DNA of 64,000 nt from an uncultured Candidatus Micrarchaeota archaeon (GTDB lineage Archaea > Micrarchaeota > Micrarchaeia > Norongarragalinales > CAINOH01), in the NCBI GenBank assembly GCA_903851445.1, contig CAINOH010000009.1:23908-87907 (forward strand). Direction: 5' to 3'. Both the position numbers and the translations under genes were made by a program. The stretch's first letter is position 1. Each line of letters starts with the position of its first letter. The notes under the pieces were generated by a model that searched no databases, was not told where the DNA came from, and worked only from the letters and a program-made list of their open reading frames with translations. Below are positions 8,878 to 18,042 of the stretch, piece by piece.

Positions 8878-10370
8878 AAGTCATAGACTCCTACAACGTC
8901 GAAAGCGAGGGCATAACCGCCCAGGTCCAGATTGTGGACGACGAGACCTTCACCAACATGTACCTGCTCCATCGCACCAAGGTGCGAAAGTCAACCGCGG
9001 CCGTGATGGACTTCCTCAAGCAGCGCATCATCGACGCAGTCAACATCAGCGCGTCAGAAATAGCGAACTTCAGCGCGTGGGAGACCCTACGCGTGAACGT
9101 CAAGAAGAAGGCCCACGAGCTGGTGCGGACAGAGCTCGGCGGCCTGAACGCCAAGGAGGAGGACCTGCTTGTCGGAAAGCTCCTGCAGGAAATGCTCGGG
9201 ATAAGCGAACTTGAGTTCTTCCTGTGCGACGAACAGCTTGAGGAGGTCGTGGTGATTTCCTCAAAGGACCCCGTGTGGGTGTACCACCGGAAATACGGCT
9301 GGCTCCGGACCAACGTCGACATCCAAACCGAGGACCAAATCCGCAACTACGCCGCGATAATGGGAAGACGGGTTGGCAAGCAAATCACAAACCTCGACCC
9401 GCTCATGGACGCCTACCTGCTCTCGGGCCACCGCGTGAACGCGACCCTCGCGCCGGTCTCTGCAAAGGGCAACAGCATCACGATACGCAAGTTCCGCAAG
9501 GACCCGTTCACCGTGATAGACTTCATCAGCCCCAGCCTCAACACCACTTCTGCGGAGGCCCTTGCATTCATCTGGCTTGCGGTCCAGTACGAGATGAACC
9601 TCCTTGTGGGCGGGGGGACGGCAAGCGGAAAGACCTCCTTCCTCAACGCAATCCTCGCATTTACGCCGCCCAACCAGCGCATCATCAGCATCGAGGACAC
9701 GCGCGAGCTCATGCTCCCAAGCTACCTGCACTGGACGCCGATGGTCACGCGGCTGCCAAACCCCGAAGGCAAGGGCGGCGTGAGCATGCTTGACCTGGCA
9801 GTTAACTCGTTGCGCATGCGGCCCGACCGCATCGTGCTCGGCGAGGTGCGCAGGCAAAGCGAAGCCGAGGTGCTGTTCGAGGCAATGCACACCGGCCACG
9901 CGGTATACTCCACGGTGCATGCCGATGACGCCGCCCAGATGAAGAGCAGGCTCATAAGCCCGCCGATAAACCTGCCCGAACAGTTCCTTTCCGCAATGCA
10001 CCTTGCGGTTGTGCAGTACCGCCAGCGCAGGACCGGAATCCGCAGGACAACCGAGATTGCCGAGATAAACCCGGGCGAGAGGGGGACGAGCTTCAACGTG
10101 GTGTTCCAGTGGAACGCCCAGGACGACGCGCTTGAGAAGGTCGACGAGCACATCCGGGTGGACAACGAAATCAAGGCCCGCACCGGGATGAAGCAGAAGG
10201 AGATTACTGCAGACCTTGAGCAGAAGAGGGCAATCCTGCTTGCGATGTCGGCCGCGGGAATCAGCCACGTAGACGACGTGGGCGTGATTTTCGCAAAATA
10301 CTACAAGTCGCCAAAGCTGGTTGCCGAAAGCGCAGAGAAGGGCGCAAAGGAGATGCGAAAGCTCCTGTGA
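8874..10370 (+). CDS. Type IV pilus/archaellum assembly ATPase (FlaI/TadA/VirB11 superfamily)
   Basis: Walker A GGGTASGKTSFLNAIL, then SIEDTRELML, VLGEVRRQSEAEVLFEAMHTGH (Asp/His boxes); N-terminal FlaI-like domain. Confidence 0.9.
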   Translation: MKVIDSYNVESEGITAQVQIVDDETFTNMYLLHRTKVRKSTAAVMDFLKQRIIDAVNISASEIANFSAWETLRVNVKKKAHELVRTELGGLNAKEEDLLVGKLLQEMLGISELEFFLCDEQLEEVVVISSKDPVWVYHRKYGWLRTNVDIQTEDQIRNYAAIMGRRVGKQITNLDPLMDAYLLSGHRVNATLAPVSAKGNSITIRKFRKDPFTVIDFISPSLNTTSAEALAFIWLAVQYEMNLLVGGGTASGKTSFLNAILAFTPPNQRIISIEDTRELMLPSYLHWTPMVTRLPNPEGKGGVSMLDLAVNSLRMRPDRIVLGEVRRQSEAEVLFEAMHTGHAVYSTVHADDAAQMKSRLISPPINLPEQFLSAMHLAVVQYRQRRTGIRRTTEIAEINPGERGTSFNVVFQWNAQDDALEKVDEHIRVDNEIKARTGMKQKEITADLEQKRAILLAMSAAGISHVDDVGVIFAKYYKSPKLVAESAEKGAKEMRKLL

Positions 10371-11269
10371 CGGTGCAAACGACAGTGGAAAGCAAGGTCC
10401 CGATGCTGCCGTTCTCGCTCGTGCCACCCCAGTTTACCTTCGAGCTTGCAAGCAAGACCCGGCCCCTTGGCACCGCAGTGCAGGCCTGGGTGCCCATCCT
10501 TGGCGACGACCTCCTGGGCGCAGGCTATGCCGACATCGACGCCGACACCTACGCAACCGCGTGCGTTCTCAACGCATTCACGAACTTCTTTGCCGTGTTC
10601 ATACTCATCGACTTGCTAGGCGCGCTCACGCTCACGCCGATGCTCCTGGTTGCGGGGCTTGCGTCCGCAGGCGTGGGCATTGCAACATTGGTCTCGTGCC
10701 TCGTCTGGCCCCAGATCATCGCAACGCAAAGGCGGCGCGCCATTGACGCGAACATGATTGCCGCAACCCGCCAGCTGCTCATACAGATACGCTCGGGCGT
10801 CCCGCTCTTCAACGCGCTCCTTTCGGTAAGCTCCGGCCACAGCAAGGTCTCGGAGGAGTTCTACAAGATTGCGGCCAAGCTCAACGCGGGCGTTGACGAG
10901 ACCGACGCGCTTGCCGAGGCGTCAGCAACCTCGCCGTCCATACAATTTCGCAAGGTGGTGTGGCAGCTTTCCAACGCGCTCAAGGTCGGCACCGACGTGG
11001 GCCTGGCGCTCGAGGCCACTCTTGGCGAGCTCGAACTCGAGCAGACCGAGCAAATCAAGAAGTATTCGCAGGAGCTCTCGCCCCTCACGATGATTTACAT
11101 GATAAGCGCAATCATCGTGCCGAGCCTGGGCGTGACAATGCTCATAGTCGTGGGCTCCCTGATGTCGTTCCCGATTCCCAAGGCAACGCTTGTCGTGGTG
11201 TTCATCGTGATGATAGGGTTCCAGGCGTTCTTCCTCAACTTCGTCGCCTCGCGCAGGCCGGTGGTGTGA
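10367..11269 (+). CDS. Pilus assembly membrane platform protein, TadB/FlaJ-like (T2SS-F domain), first half of a split platform
   Basis: Polytopic. T2SSF-like block IAATRQLLIQIRSGVPLFNALLSVSS...TDVGLALEATLGELE. Start overlaps the ATPase stop. Confidence 0.75.
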   Translation: MTVQTTVESKVPMLPFSLVPPQFTFELASKTRPLGTAVQAWVPILGDDLLGAGYADIDADTYATACVLNAFTNFFAVFILIDLLGALTLTPMLLVAGLASAGVGIATLVSCLVWPQIIATQRRRAIDANMIAATRQLLIQIRSGVPLFNALLSVSSGHSKVSEEFYKIAAKLNAGVDETDALAEASATSPSIQFRKVVWQLSNALKVGTDVGLALEATLGELELEQTEQIKKYSQELSPLTMIYMISAIIVPSLGVTMLIVVGSLMSFPIPKATLVVVFIVMIGFQAFFLNFVASRRPVV

Positions 11270-11272
11270 AAG

Positions 11273-12298
11273 ATGAAGACCAGTCGCATAATCACAAGGG
11301 CGTCCTACGTCCTGCCGCGAAAGTGGGTCGACTCGATTGGAAGGCTGCTTGTCAAGGGCGGGTTCAATACCACCAAGCACAGGTACCTGATAGGCCTTGC
11401 CATGCTTGGCGCTCTCTGTTTGGGCGCCCTGTCCAGCTTCATCTGCCTCGCTGTGATGCGCGACTATAAGTTCGCGGCGTTCTCCGGGCTCCTTATAATC
11501 ATGGCGGAAGTCGGCGGCGCGTACTTCATCCTCAAGTCAACTGCATTCCAGCGCAGCAAGAGGATAGAGAGCGTGCTCCCTGACGCTTTGCGCATCATCT
11601 CGGCAAACATGCGGGCCGGGATGACAATAGAGAACGCGCTGTGGTCCGCCGCAAGGCCCGAATTCGGCCCATTTAAGGACGAGCTGAGCAGGGTGGCTGC
11701 TGACACGTTCGGTGGGATGCCGATAGAGGATGCGCTCCTTTGCATGCCAGAGCGCGTTGACTCGCGGCTCGTGGAGCGCTCAATCGACCTGATGGTAGGC
11801 GGCCTGCGCCTGGGCGGACGCATGACCGACCTGCTTGACCACATCGCAGCTGACATCTCTTCGCGCCAGAGCCTGCAGCGTCAAATCGAGACTTCGACAA
11901 CGACCTACGCCATATTCATCGTGTTCTCGGCGCTCGTAGCCGCACCGATGCTCTTTGCAGTCTCCACGTTCTACTCGGAAATCAACGAGAAGACGCTCTT
12001 GGGTTTCACCGAGGGGATGCAGGTGAATTCGGCCGCCCGCGCACGCATAGCCTCGTCCGGCATCCCTATGCTTTTGCCATCAGCGCAGGCTGACCAGATA
12101 GGGTTTGCTGACATCCGCCTCTTCTCGCTCGGCGTAATCATCATCACCGCGTTCTTCGCATCCATAATCATCGCCCAGATAAAGGAAGGCGAGGCACACA
12201 GGGGCCTTTCCTACGTCCCCATTTTCGTCGCAGTTGCAATGACCGTGTTCCTGCTTGGCCTCTACGGGCTTGAGACCGCGTTTGCGGGAATGATATAA
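11273..12298 (+). CDS. Pilus assembly membrane platform protein, TadC/FlaJ-like (T2SS-F domain), second half
   Basis: LRIISANMRAGMTIENALWSAARPEFGPFKDELSRVAADTFGGMPIEDAL, then TM helices. 4 nt after the previous gene. Confidence 0.75.
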   Translation: MKTSRIITRASYVLPRKWVDSIGRLLVKGGFNTTKHRYLIGLAMLGALCLGALSSFICLAVMRDYKFAAFSGLLIIMAEVGGAYFILKSTAFQRSKRIESVLPDALRIISANMRAGMTIENALWSAARPEFGPFKDELSRVAADTFGGMPIEDALLCMPERVDSRLVERSIDLMVGGLRLGGRMTDLLDHIAADISSRQSLQRQIETSTTTYAIFIVFSALVAAPMLFAVSTFYSEINEKTLLGFTEGMQVNSAARARIASSGIPMLLPSAQADQIGFADIRLFSLGVIIITAFFASIIIAQIKEGEAHRGLSYVPIFVAVAMTVFLLGLYGLETAFAGMI

Positions 12299-12378
12299 AG
12301 GCGCAAAGCCGGCCAACAGCACGCATTAAATAAGACAGGAAAGTAATTTTTCAGGACGTTCCAAACGGTGATTATGTT

Positions 12379-12843
12379 ATGTCAAAAGGGCAAACCGCAC
12401 TCGAATACCTTGTCACTTACGGCTGGGCAATACTCGGCATCATCATCATAGTCGGCGTGCTCATCTCGTTCGGGGTGTTCAACCCGACCAAGTGGGCGAC
12501 CGTGCGCCAGCAGGGCGGATTCTCATCAATCGCAGTGCTTGACCACAGCATCACAGCAGGAACCGGCGGCGTCATGAAGATAGCTTTCCAGAACACGCGC
12601 GGAAACTCGATTACCATAACGCAGGTTGTGTCGATGGCCGGCGGGTGCGGCTGGACCGGCTCGCAGCTTCTGACTGTTGACAACCCCGTCTCAATCACCA
12701 CCAGCGCGTGCAACCAGACCACAGTCACCGGCGCAACCGTAGGCTCGGCGTACGACTTTTCCGACGTGGCCGTGACATACACCGACTCAGTATCGAGCAT
12801 GTCGCACACCGAACGCGGGTTCATCAAGGGCCAGTTCCAGTAG
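12379..12843 (+). CDS. Class III signal peptide pilin (candidate pilin of the Tad-like operon)
   Basis: MSKGQTALEYLVTYGWAILGIIIIVGVLISFGVF..., beta-rich C-terminus with Cys pairs. Confidence 0.7.
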   Translation: MSKGQTALEYLVTYGWAILGIIIIVGVLISFGVFNPTKWATVRQQGGFSSIAVLDHSITAGTGGVMKIAFQNTRGNSITITQVVSMAGGCGWTGSQLLTVDNPVSITTSACNQTTVTGATVGSAYDFSDVAVTYTDSVSSMSHTERGFIKGQFQ

Positions 12844-12875
12844 GGAAAATAGCCAAAGCGCACGTTCTGTTCCCA

Positions 12876-13802
12876 ATGGCCAAAGAACGCTTTCCAAAAG
12901 AATACCTGGACAAGTACTCCTCAATCCTCGGAAGCGAGTTTGGCAGGTTCATCTCCTCATTTGAAAAAAAGGAAAAGAAGGCAATCTGGTGCAACTCGCT
13001 CAGGACCACACCGCAGGAACTGTGCTCCGAACTGACGGGCCGCGGCTTTTGCCTTGCGCCGCTCGAATTCTCGGAAAACGCCTTCCTTATTGAGTCGGGC
13101 CCCGAGCGGCCTGGCCGCGACGACGCGTTCATGCAGGGAAGGTTCAACCTGCAGGAGAAGGCCGCGATGCTTCCTGCAATCGCGCTTGAACCAAAACCTG
13201 GAGAGCGCATACTCGACGGCTTTGCAGCGCCGGGAAACAAGACGCTCCAGCTCTGCTGCCTGTGCAACAATGAAGCGGAAATCACCTGCCTCGAGAGGGA
13301 CCCTGTACGCATACGTACGCTGCAATTCAACGCGCGAAAGTTCGGAATGCAGATTGATGCGAAGAAACTTGACTTTTTGAAATTCAAGGACCGCGAGGGT
13401 TTTGACAGGATCCTGCTTGACGCGCCCTGCAGCTCCGAAGGCCTGGCAAGAAAACGGTTGGATGCCCTTGCGGAATGGAGCCAGAGGAAAGTTGAGAACA
13501 TGTCCAAGAGGCAGAAGAAAGCCGTTGTCCGCGGGTTCGACCTGCTCAAGAGCGGCGGCACGCTGGTATATTCCACCTGCTCGCTTTCTCCAGAGGAGGA
13601 CGAGGAAGTCATCGACCACCTCCTTGCAAGCAGGGATGGCGTGACGGTGGAAAGGGTAAAGCTTGCAGGCGTCAACGCATCCAAGGGAATCGTGCAATAC
13701 CAGGGAAAGGAATTCGACTCCCGCGTCGGGAACTGCGTACGGCTCTACCCGCACGAGTGGGACTGCCAGCCATTCTTCATCGCAAAGATTCAGAAAGGAT
13801 AA
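12876..13802 (+). CDS. NOL1/NOP2/Sun-family RNA cytosine-C5 methyltransferase
   Basis: SAM motif ILDGFAAPGNKT, catalytic DAPCSSEG and TCSLSPEE motifs. The ATG at 12876 is chosen because the longer ORF from 12708 overlaps the upstream pilin. Confidence 0.85.
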   Translation: MAKERFPKEYLDKYSSILGSEFGRFISSFEKKEKKAIWCNSLRTTPQELCSELTGRGFCLAPLEFSENAFLIESGPERPGRDDAFMQGRFNLQEKAAMLPAIALEPKPGERILDGFAAPGNKTLQLCCLCNNEAEITCLERDPVRIRTLQFNARKFGMQIDAKKLDFLKFKDREGFDRILLDAPCSSEGLARKRLDALAEWSQRKVENMSKRQKKAVVRGFDLLKSGGTLVYSTCSLSPEEDEEVIDHLLASRDGVTVERVKLAGVNASKGIVQYQGKEFDSRVGNCVRLYPHEWDCQPFFIAKIQKG

Positions 13803-13907
13803 TGGCCAGCCGCGGAGCAGGACAACTGCCGGCTGATGCGAAGCGCATATAATGATTGTTGCCCAAAGTCGTCTTACAAACTTTCAACAAGAAAAGGTCG
13901 GTTGCCT

Positions 13908-14639
13908 ATGACAATAGCAGTGCCCCAGACGTTCGATGCTGTCCTTTCGGAAAAGCGCGAGGAAGTCCCGGGCGTTGTCACGATGCGCCTTGCGCCCGTT
14001 GACGGCCGCAAGCTCTCCTTCTTGCCAGGCCAGTTTGCAATGCTGTGCTTTCCCGACGAGCCCGACCCGCAGCGGAAGTGCCGCGCATACTCAATCTCAT
14101 CATCCCCGCAGGTGACTGACTACATCGAAGTCACTATAAAGATAGTCAAGGAGTGGACGAGCCGCATGACATCCACTGCCGTTGGCACCAAGCTGCAGGT
14201 CAAGATGCCATTCGGCAGGTTCGTCCTCGACCCGACTTGCCGCGACCACGTGTTCATCGCGGGTGGTGTTGGGATCACGCCTTTCGCGGCAATGTCAAGC
14301 TTCCTTGCGGCAACCAAGCCCGAAGCCGTACGGGCAACATTGTTCTACAGCGCAAAGACGCCGGCAACGCTCATATTCCGCGAGCGGTTTGAGAAGACCG
14401 CACGAGAATGGCCGGAGCTCAACCTTGCGTTCACTATTACAGACAAGGAATATTCGGGCGCGGACTGGCCAGGCCACCGCGGCAGGCTTGACGCCGAATT
14501 CATCAAGGCAACGCTCGGGAATATTGCCGGAAAGAAGTTCTACCTATGCGGCTCCGGCCAGATGATGGCAGGCATAGAGGAGATACTCGAATCGATGGGC
14601 GTTGCAAAGGAGAACATCCACACCGAGAAATTCGGCTAG
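13908..14639 (+). CDS. FAD/NAD(P)-binding oxidoreductase (ferredoxin-NADP reductase-like, PyrK/hydrogenase-gamma family)
   Basis: FAD-binding barrel (RAYSISS, LCFPDEPDP), then NAD-binding GGVGITPF...LCGSGQMM. No Cys cluster. Confidence 0.65.
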   Translation: MTIAVPQTFDAVLSEKREEVPGVVTMRLAPVDGRKLSFLPGQFAMLCFPDEPDPQRKCRAYSISSSPQVTDYIEVTIKIVKEWTSRMTSTAVGTKLQVKMPFGRFVLDPTCRDHVFIAGGVGITPFAAMSSFLAATKPEAVRATLFYSAKTPATLIFRERFEKTAREWPELNLAFTITDKEYSGADWPGHRGRLDAEFIKATLGNIAGKKFYLCGSGQMMAGIEEILESMGVAKENIHTEKFG

Positions 14640-14641
14640 AA

Positions 14642-14929
14642 TCAGCGCCTAGCCTTCATCTTCTCGCCGACAAAGTTGATGAGGTCGCGGAGCTTCTTTT
14701 CCATGGTCGGGTAGTCAACGAGCTCATCCAGGCCGGTAAGCATCGACGCTACCTCGGGCTTGATTTTTAGGTACTCGCGCTCAAGCTGCTCCAGCCGCGA
14801 CGCGAGCTCGCCTATCTCATTCTGCGTACGCCTTCGGTAATCCAGGACGAAGTATATGGCAACCACGAGCACGACCATGGATGCTGCAAAGAGCCCGAAA
14901 GCGAGTGCCGACATACTGACAAGGGCCAT
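14642..14929 (-). CDS. Small membrane-anchored coiled-coil protein
   Basis: N-terminal TM helix, then a charged heptad-like segment (ELASRLEQLEREYLKIK). Confidence 0.4.
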   Translation of the reverse strand: MALVSMSALAFGLFAASMVVLVVAIYFVLDYRRRTQNEIGELASRLEQLEREYLKIKPEVASMLTGLDELVDYPTMEKKLRDLINFVGEKMKARR

Positions 14930-15240
14930 TACACTACGCCCCCCTCTATGACTGCTGACGTCAGGTCCCTAGCCTGCTTTGTGATGCTCTGCATCGCGTT
15001 GCGCGTAATCTTCCTCTCAAGCCCGGCTTTCGCATCCTGGATGCTTTGCGCCATCGCTGCAGACTCGGCGTGCGCCGCGTCAATCCTGGCCGAAAGCTCC
15101 GCCACCTTCGCAACCGCACCGTCGTGCGCCCTCTTTGCAAGGACGAACGCCACAAAAGCGCCCGCTAATGACACTAGGAAACAGAACCCCGCAACGTAGA
15201 CGTCTTCGACCATAGGAACATCAGGCAAAATCAACTGCAC
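14929..15240 (-). CDS. Small membrane-anchored coiled-coil protein
   Basis: TM helix then an Ala/Lys-rich helix. Overlaps the upstream pilin stop by 10 nt and the downstream gene by 1 nt. Confidence 0.4.
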   Translation of the reverse strand: MQLILPDVPMVEDVYVAGFCFLVSLAGAFVAFVLAKRAHDGAVAKVAELSARIDAAHAESAAMAQSIQDAKAGLERKITRNAMQSITKQARDLTSAVIEGGVV

Positions 15241-15710
15241 GTCCCGACGAGCGGCCTTGCGCCAGTCTGCCTCATGGAATAGTTCATGAAGTTGTACAGG
15301 ATGTTCACCTGCACCTCGAAGGCCTTGCCGGACGCGGTATAGACGCAGGGGTTTCCGCTTGTAAAGCTTGACACGTAAATGGCGTTCTCCTCGCCAGCTG
15401 AGAATACGTGGTAGCCCGTGCTCAGGTTATTGACGTTGCCCACGCTGTCTACGAACTGCATCTCGGTGACGTTGAGGCTGTCGGAGCCGCGGTTGGCAAG
15501 AACAAGCAGCGCGGTGCCGTTCATGACCTTGAATGCCGTGATTGAGAAGGGCGTGGCGGTCTTCCAGTAGGACTCCGACTCCCTTTCCCTGCCGGGCCCG
15601 CCCACTTGCGGGAACCAGCCCAAAAGCGCTATGACGACCATCGCCACTAGAAGCACCGCGCCCAAAATGACAAGATATTCCGTTGCGCCCTGCCCCTTTG
15701 AGCGGACCAT
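15231..15710 (-). CDS. Major-pilin-like protein (class III signal peptide), paralog 3
   Basis: MVRSKGQGATEYLVILGAVLLVAMVVIALLGWFP...; many NxS/T sequons; C-terminal ...LVGTCS. Confidence 0.75.
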   Translation of the reverse strand: MVRSKGQGATEYLVILGAVLLVAMVVIALLGWFPQVGGPGRERESESYWKTATPFSITAFKVMNGTALLVLANRGSDSLNVTEMQFVDSVGNVNNLSTGYHVFSAGEENAIYVSSFTSGNPCVYTASGKAFEVQVNILYNFMNYSMRQTGARPLVGTCS

Positions 15711-15870
15711 ACAATCACCTATATTGCAAATGAAATTGGCTTATGCAAAGGGAACGGAAAAGGGGAATAAAAAAGTAGGTTTTGGGAACAACTTGCCCCA
15801 TCGCCCGAAAGGGCACAAGGAGCAGAGGGAGAAAAAGAAAAACAAAAAAAAGAAAAAAGGGAATTGGTGC

Positions 15871-16380
15871 TTACGAGCACCTTCCAACCAGGGACTGCGC
15901 GCCCTGCTGTCGAATCCCGGTAATCGACCCCTGGGTGTAGCCGAACGCCACAATCTTGAGCTCGAACGGGTTGCCCGTCTTCGAAGTGACTCCGTTGCAC
16001 GGGTTGGTGGCGTTGACGCCTACTAAGAAAGTGAAAGGCACAGTAACCACTGCTTCCTCGCCTCCGTTGAAAGACTGGGCCGGACTCGCTACGACGTATG
16101 TAAACGTACTCGTTCCATTAGGAATTTCAATCGAAGTCAGGGTCAGTGCGTCAGAAAGCCTGTTTGAAAGCGAGAAGGTCATTGTCGTGTTGTCGACCTT
16201 GAACGAGTTTATCGCAAACGGGCTTGCACCGGACCAGTACGCCTTGGACTGCTGCTCCTTTGTAGAGCCGCCGAGCGCGGGGAACCAGCCAAGAAGGCTT
16301 ACTACTACAAGCGCGACAAGCAACACTGCGCCCAATATGACAAGATATTCCGTTGCGCCCTGACCTCTTGAGTAGACCAT
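15871..16380 (-). CDS. Major-pilin-like protein, paralog 2
   Basis: MVYSRGQGATEYLVILGAVLLVALVVVSLLGWFPALGGSTKEQQSKAYWSGASPFAINSFK...IRQQGAQSLVGRCS. Confidence 0.8.
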   Translation of the reverse strand: MVYSRGQGATEYLVILGAVLLVALVVVSLLGWFPALGGSTKEQQSKAYWSGASPFAINSFKVDNTTMTFSLSNRLSDALTLTSIEIPNGTSTFTYVVASPAQSFNGGEEAVVTVPFTFLVGVNATNPCNGVTSKTGNPFELKIVAFGYTQGSITGIRQQGAQSLVGRCS

Positions 16381-16542
16381 ATCATCACCTATACCTATAT
16401 TGCAAATGAAATTGACTTATGTAAAGGAACGGAAAGGGAGAATAAAAAAGTAGGTTTTGGGCCTTGTTCTTTTGGGCGATGGGAAAACTAAAGGAATGGT
16501 GAGAAAAAGAAAAACTAAAAAAAGAAAAAAGGGAATTGGTGC

Positions 16543-17040
16543 TTACGAGCACCTTCCAACCAGGGACTGCGCGCCCTGCTGGCGAATCCCGGTAATCGCC
16601 CCAGAGGTGTAGGTGAACGCCACAATCTTGATCTCAAACGGATTGCCCGTCTTGGACGCGCCCGATGAGTAGCACGGGTTGGTGGAATTTGCGACGGTCG
16701 TAGTAACCACCGCTTCCTCGCCCCCGTTGAAGGCCTTGGCCGGCCACGCTACCGTATATGTAAACGTGCCCGTTCCATTAGGTATGTCAATCCCAGTCAG
16801 GGTCAGCGAGTCAGAAAGCCTGTTTGAAAGCGAGAAGGTCATTGTGGTGCCGTCAAGTTTGAACGAGTTTATCGCAAACGGGCTGGCGCCGGACCAGTAC
16901 GCCTTGGACTGCTGCTCCTTTGTAGAGCCGCCAAGCGCGGGAAACCAGCCAAGAAGGCTTACCACGACAAGAGCGACAAGCAAGACTGCGCCCAATATGA
17001 CAAGATACTCGGTCGCACCCTGCCCTCTCCTAAACTGCAT
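16543..17040 (-). CDS. Major-pilin-like protein, paralog 1
   Basis: MQFRRGQGATEYLVILGAVLLVALVVVSLLGWFPALGGSTKEQQSKAYWSGASPFAINSFK..., ~85% identical to paralog 2. Confidence 0.8.
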   Translation of the reverse strand: MQFRRGQGATEYLVILGAVLLVALVVVSLLGWFPALGGSTKEQQSKAYWSGASPFAINSFKLDGTTMTFSLSNRLSDSLTLTGIDIPNGTGTFTYTVAWPAKAFNGGEEAVVTTTVANSTNPCYSSGASKTGNPFEIKIVAFTYTSGAITGIRQQGAQSLVGRCS

Positions 17041-17233
17041 TGTAAACCACCTTAAATGAAAATGGACTAAGAAATCAAGATGCCGAGTTTATTTAAATAG
17101 GTTGCTTAACTCCGGCGTTTTCGCGCAAACCCAACGCCCAACGCCATACTTTCTCCTCTAATAAAAGCGATGGCTTTTTAAAGAGCCGAACAGAAATGAC
17201 ATAAAATAATTGATACAAAAAGGTGAACTGCTG

Positions 17234-17620
17234 ATGTCTGAAACAAAGAGGGGCCAGGGCGCGTTCGAGTACATTCTGATGCTGTCGGGAGTGCTCCTGA
17301 TAGTGATACTCATAATATTCATACTCCAAGGGACGATAACGGGAACAAACAACACTATGGGAACACAGCAAAACACGCTCAACAGCACAGTAAACGTGGA
17401 CATAGTACCGCAATACACGCAATGTTTGATAGTCACAAGTGCAACTGGCAGCATCACCGGACCATCATACCCCTGCTGCGTCCTTAACGGAGCCGCAAAC
17501 CTTGCCGCATGCACAGCAGCAGGATGCGCCGGAGTACCTGGGATTGTTCAATGCACCCAAACCACACTTGCCAGCTGTCCGACAAGCCAGTTCAACAGGA
17601 AAATAGGAAGGTGCGCGTAA
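17234..17620 (+). CDS. Cysteine-rich mini-pilin (family member 1)
   Basis: MSETKRGQGAFEYILMLSGVLLIVILIIFILQGTITGTNNTM... then PCC...C...C...FNRKIGRCA. Confidence 0.7.
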   Translation: MSETKRGQGAFEYILMLSGVLLIVILIIFILQGTITGTNNTMGTQQNTLNSTVNVDIVPQYTQCLIVTSATGSITGPSYPCCVLNGAANLAACTAAGCAGVPGIVQCTQTTLASCPTSQFNRKIGRCA

Positions 17621-17662
17621 GCGCACACTTTCCCCATCTTTCTTAAGAGGTGAACAAGGAAT

Positions 17663-18001
17663 ATGAGACGCGGACAAGGCGCATTTGAATACATACTCAT
17701 GCTTTCGGGGGTACTGCTGATTGTGATAATCATCATATTCATACTCCAGGGGACAATCGGCGGGGCGAACAACACGATGACAGCACAGCAAAACACCTAC
17801 AACACGTCAGTGTCCGTGGATATCGTGCCCCAGTACACGGCAAACCTAATAGTGATGAGCCAGACTGGCGGACTTGGCGGCCCATACCCCTGCTGTGAAA
17901 ACTTCGCTACGCCAGGATGCACCGGAGTAATAATCAACTGCACCGGCACGCTCAACTGCTATTCAAGCAGGTTCGACAGGAAAGTAGGAAGGTGCGTATA
18001 A
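17663..18001 (+). CDS. Cysteine-rich mini-pilin (family member 2)
   Basis: MRRGQGAFEYILMLSGVLLIVIIIIFILQGTIGGANNTM...PCCENFATPGCTGVIINCTGTLNCYSSRFDRKVGRCV. Confidence 0.75.
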   Translation: MRRGQGAFEYILMLSGVLLIVIIIIFILQGTIGGANNTMTAQQNTYNTSVSVDIVPQYTANLIVMSQTGGLGGPYPCCENFATPGCTGVIINCTGTLNCYSSRFDRKVGRCV

Positions 18002-18042
18002 GCGCATTGCCTCTCTTTTTTTATTTTTAAATAATTGAAATA

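Larger units (their letters stand above)
15711..17100 (-). repeat. Tandem duplication units (~670 bp) carrying major-pilin paralogs with near-identical 5' leaders and 3' ends
   Basis: Upstream blocks at 15745-15800 and 16425-16470 (gg(g/a)gaataaaaaagtaggttttggg) and 3' blocks at 15855-15990 and 16523-16660 are near-identical, including a T-rich terminator. Confidence 0.7.

Noticed and set aside
9261-10427. 388-aa minus-strand ORF
   Set aside because: Antisense to the pilus ATPase, which has clear Walker/Asp/His boxes. It has an Arg/His/Pro-rich composition typical of GC-rich antisense frames.
12824-13754. Two overlapping 265-286-aa minus-strand ORFs
   Set aside because: Antisense to the NSUN methyltransferase, whose DAPCS/TCS motifs are unambiguous.
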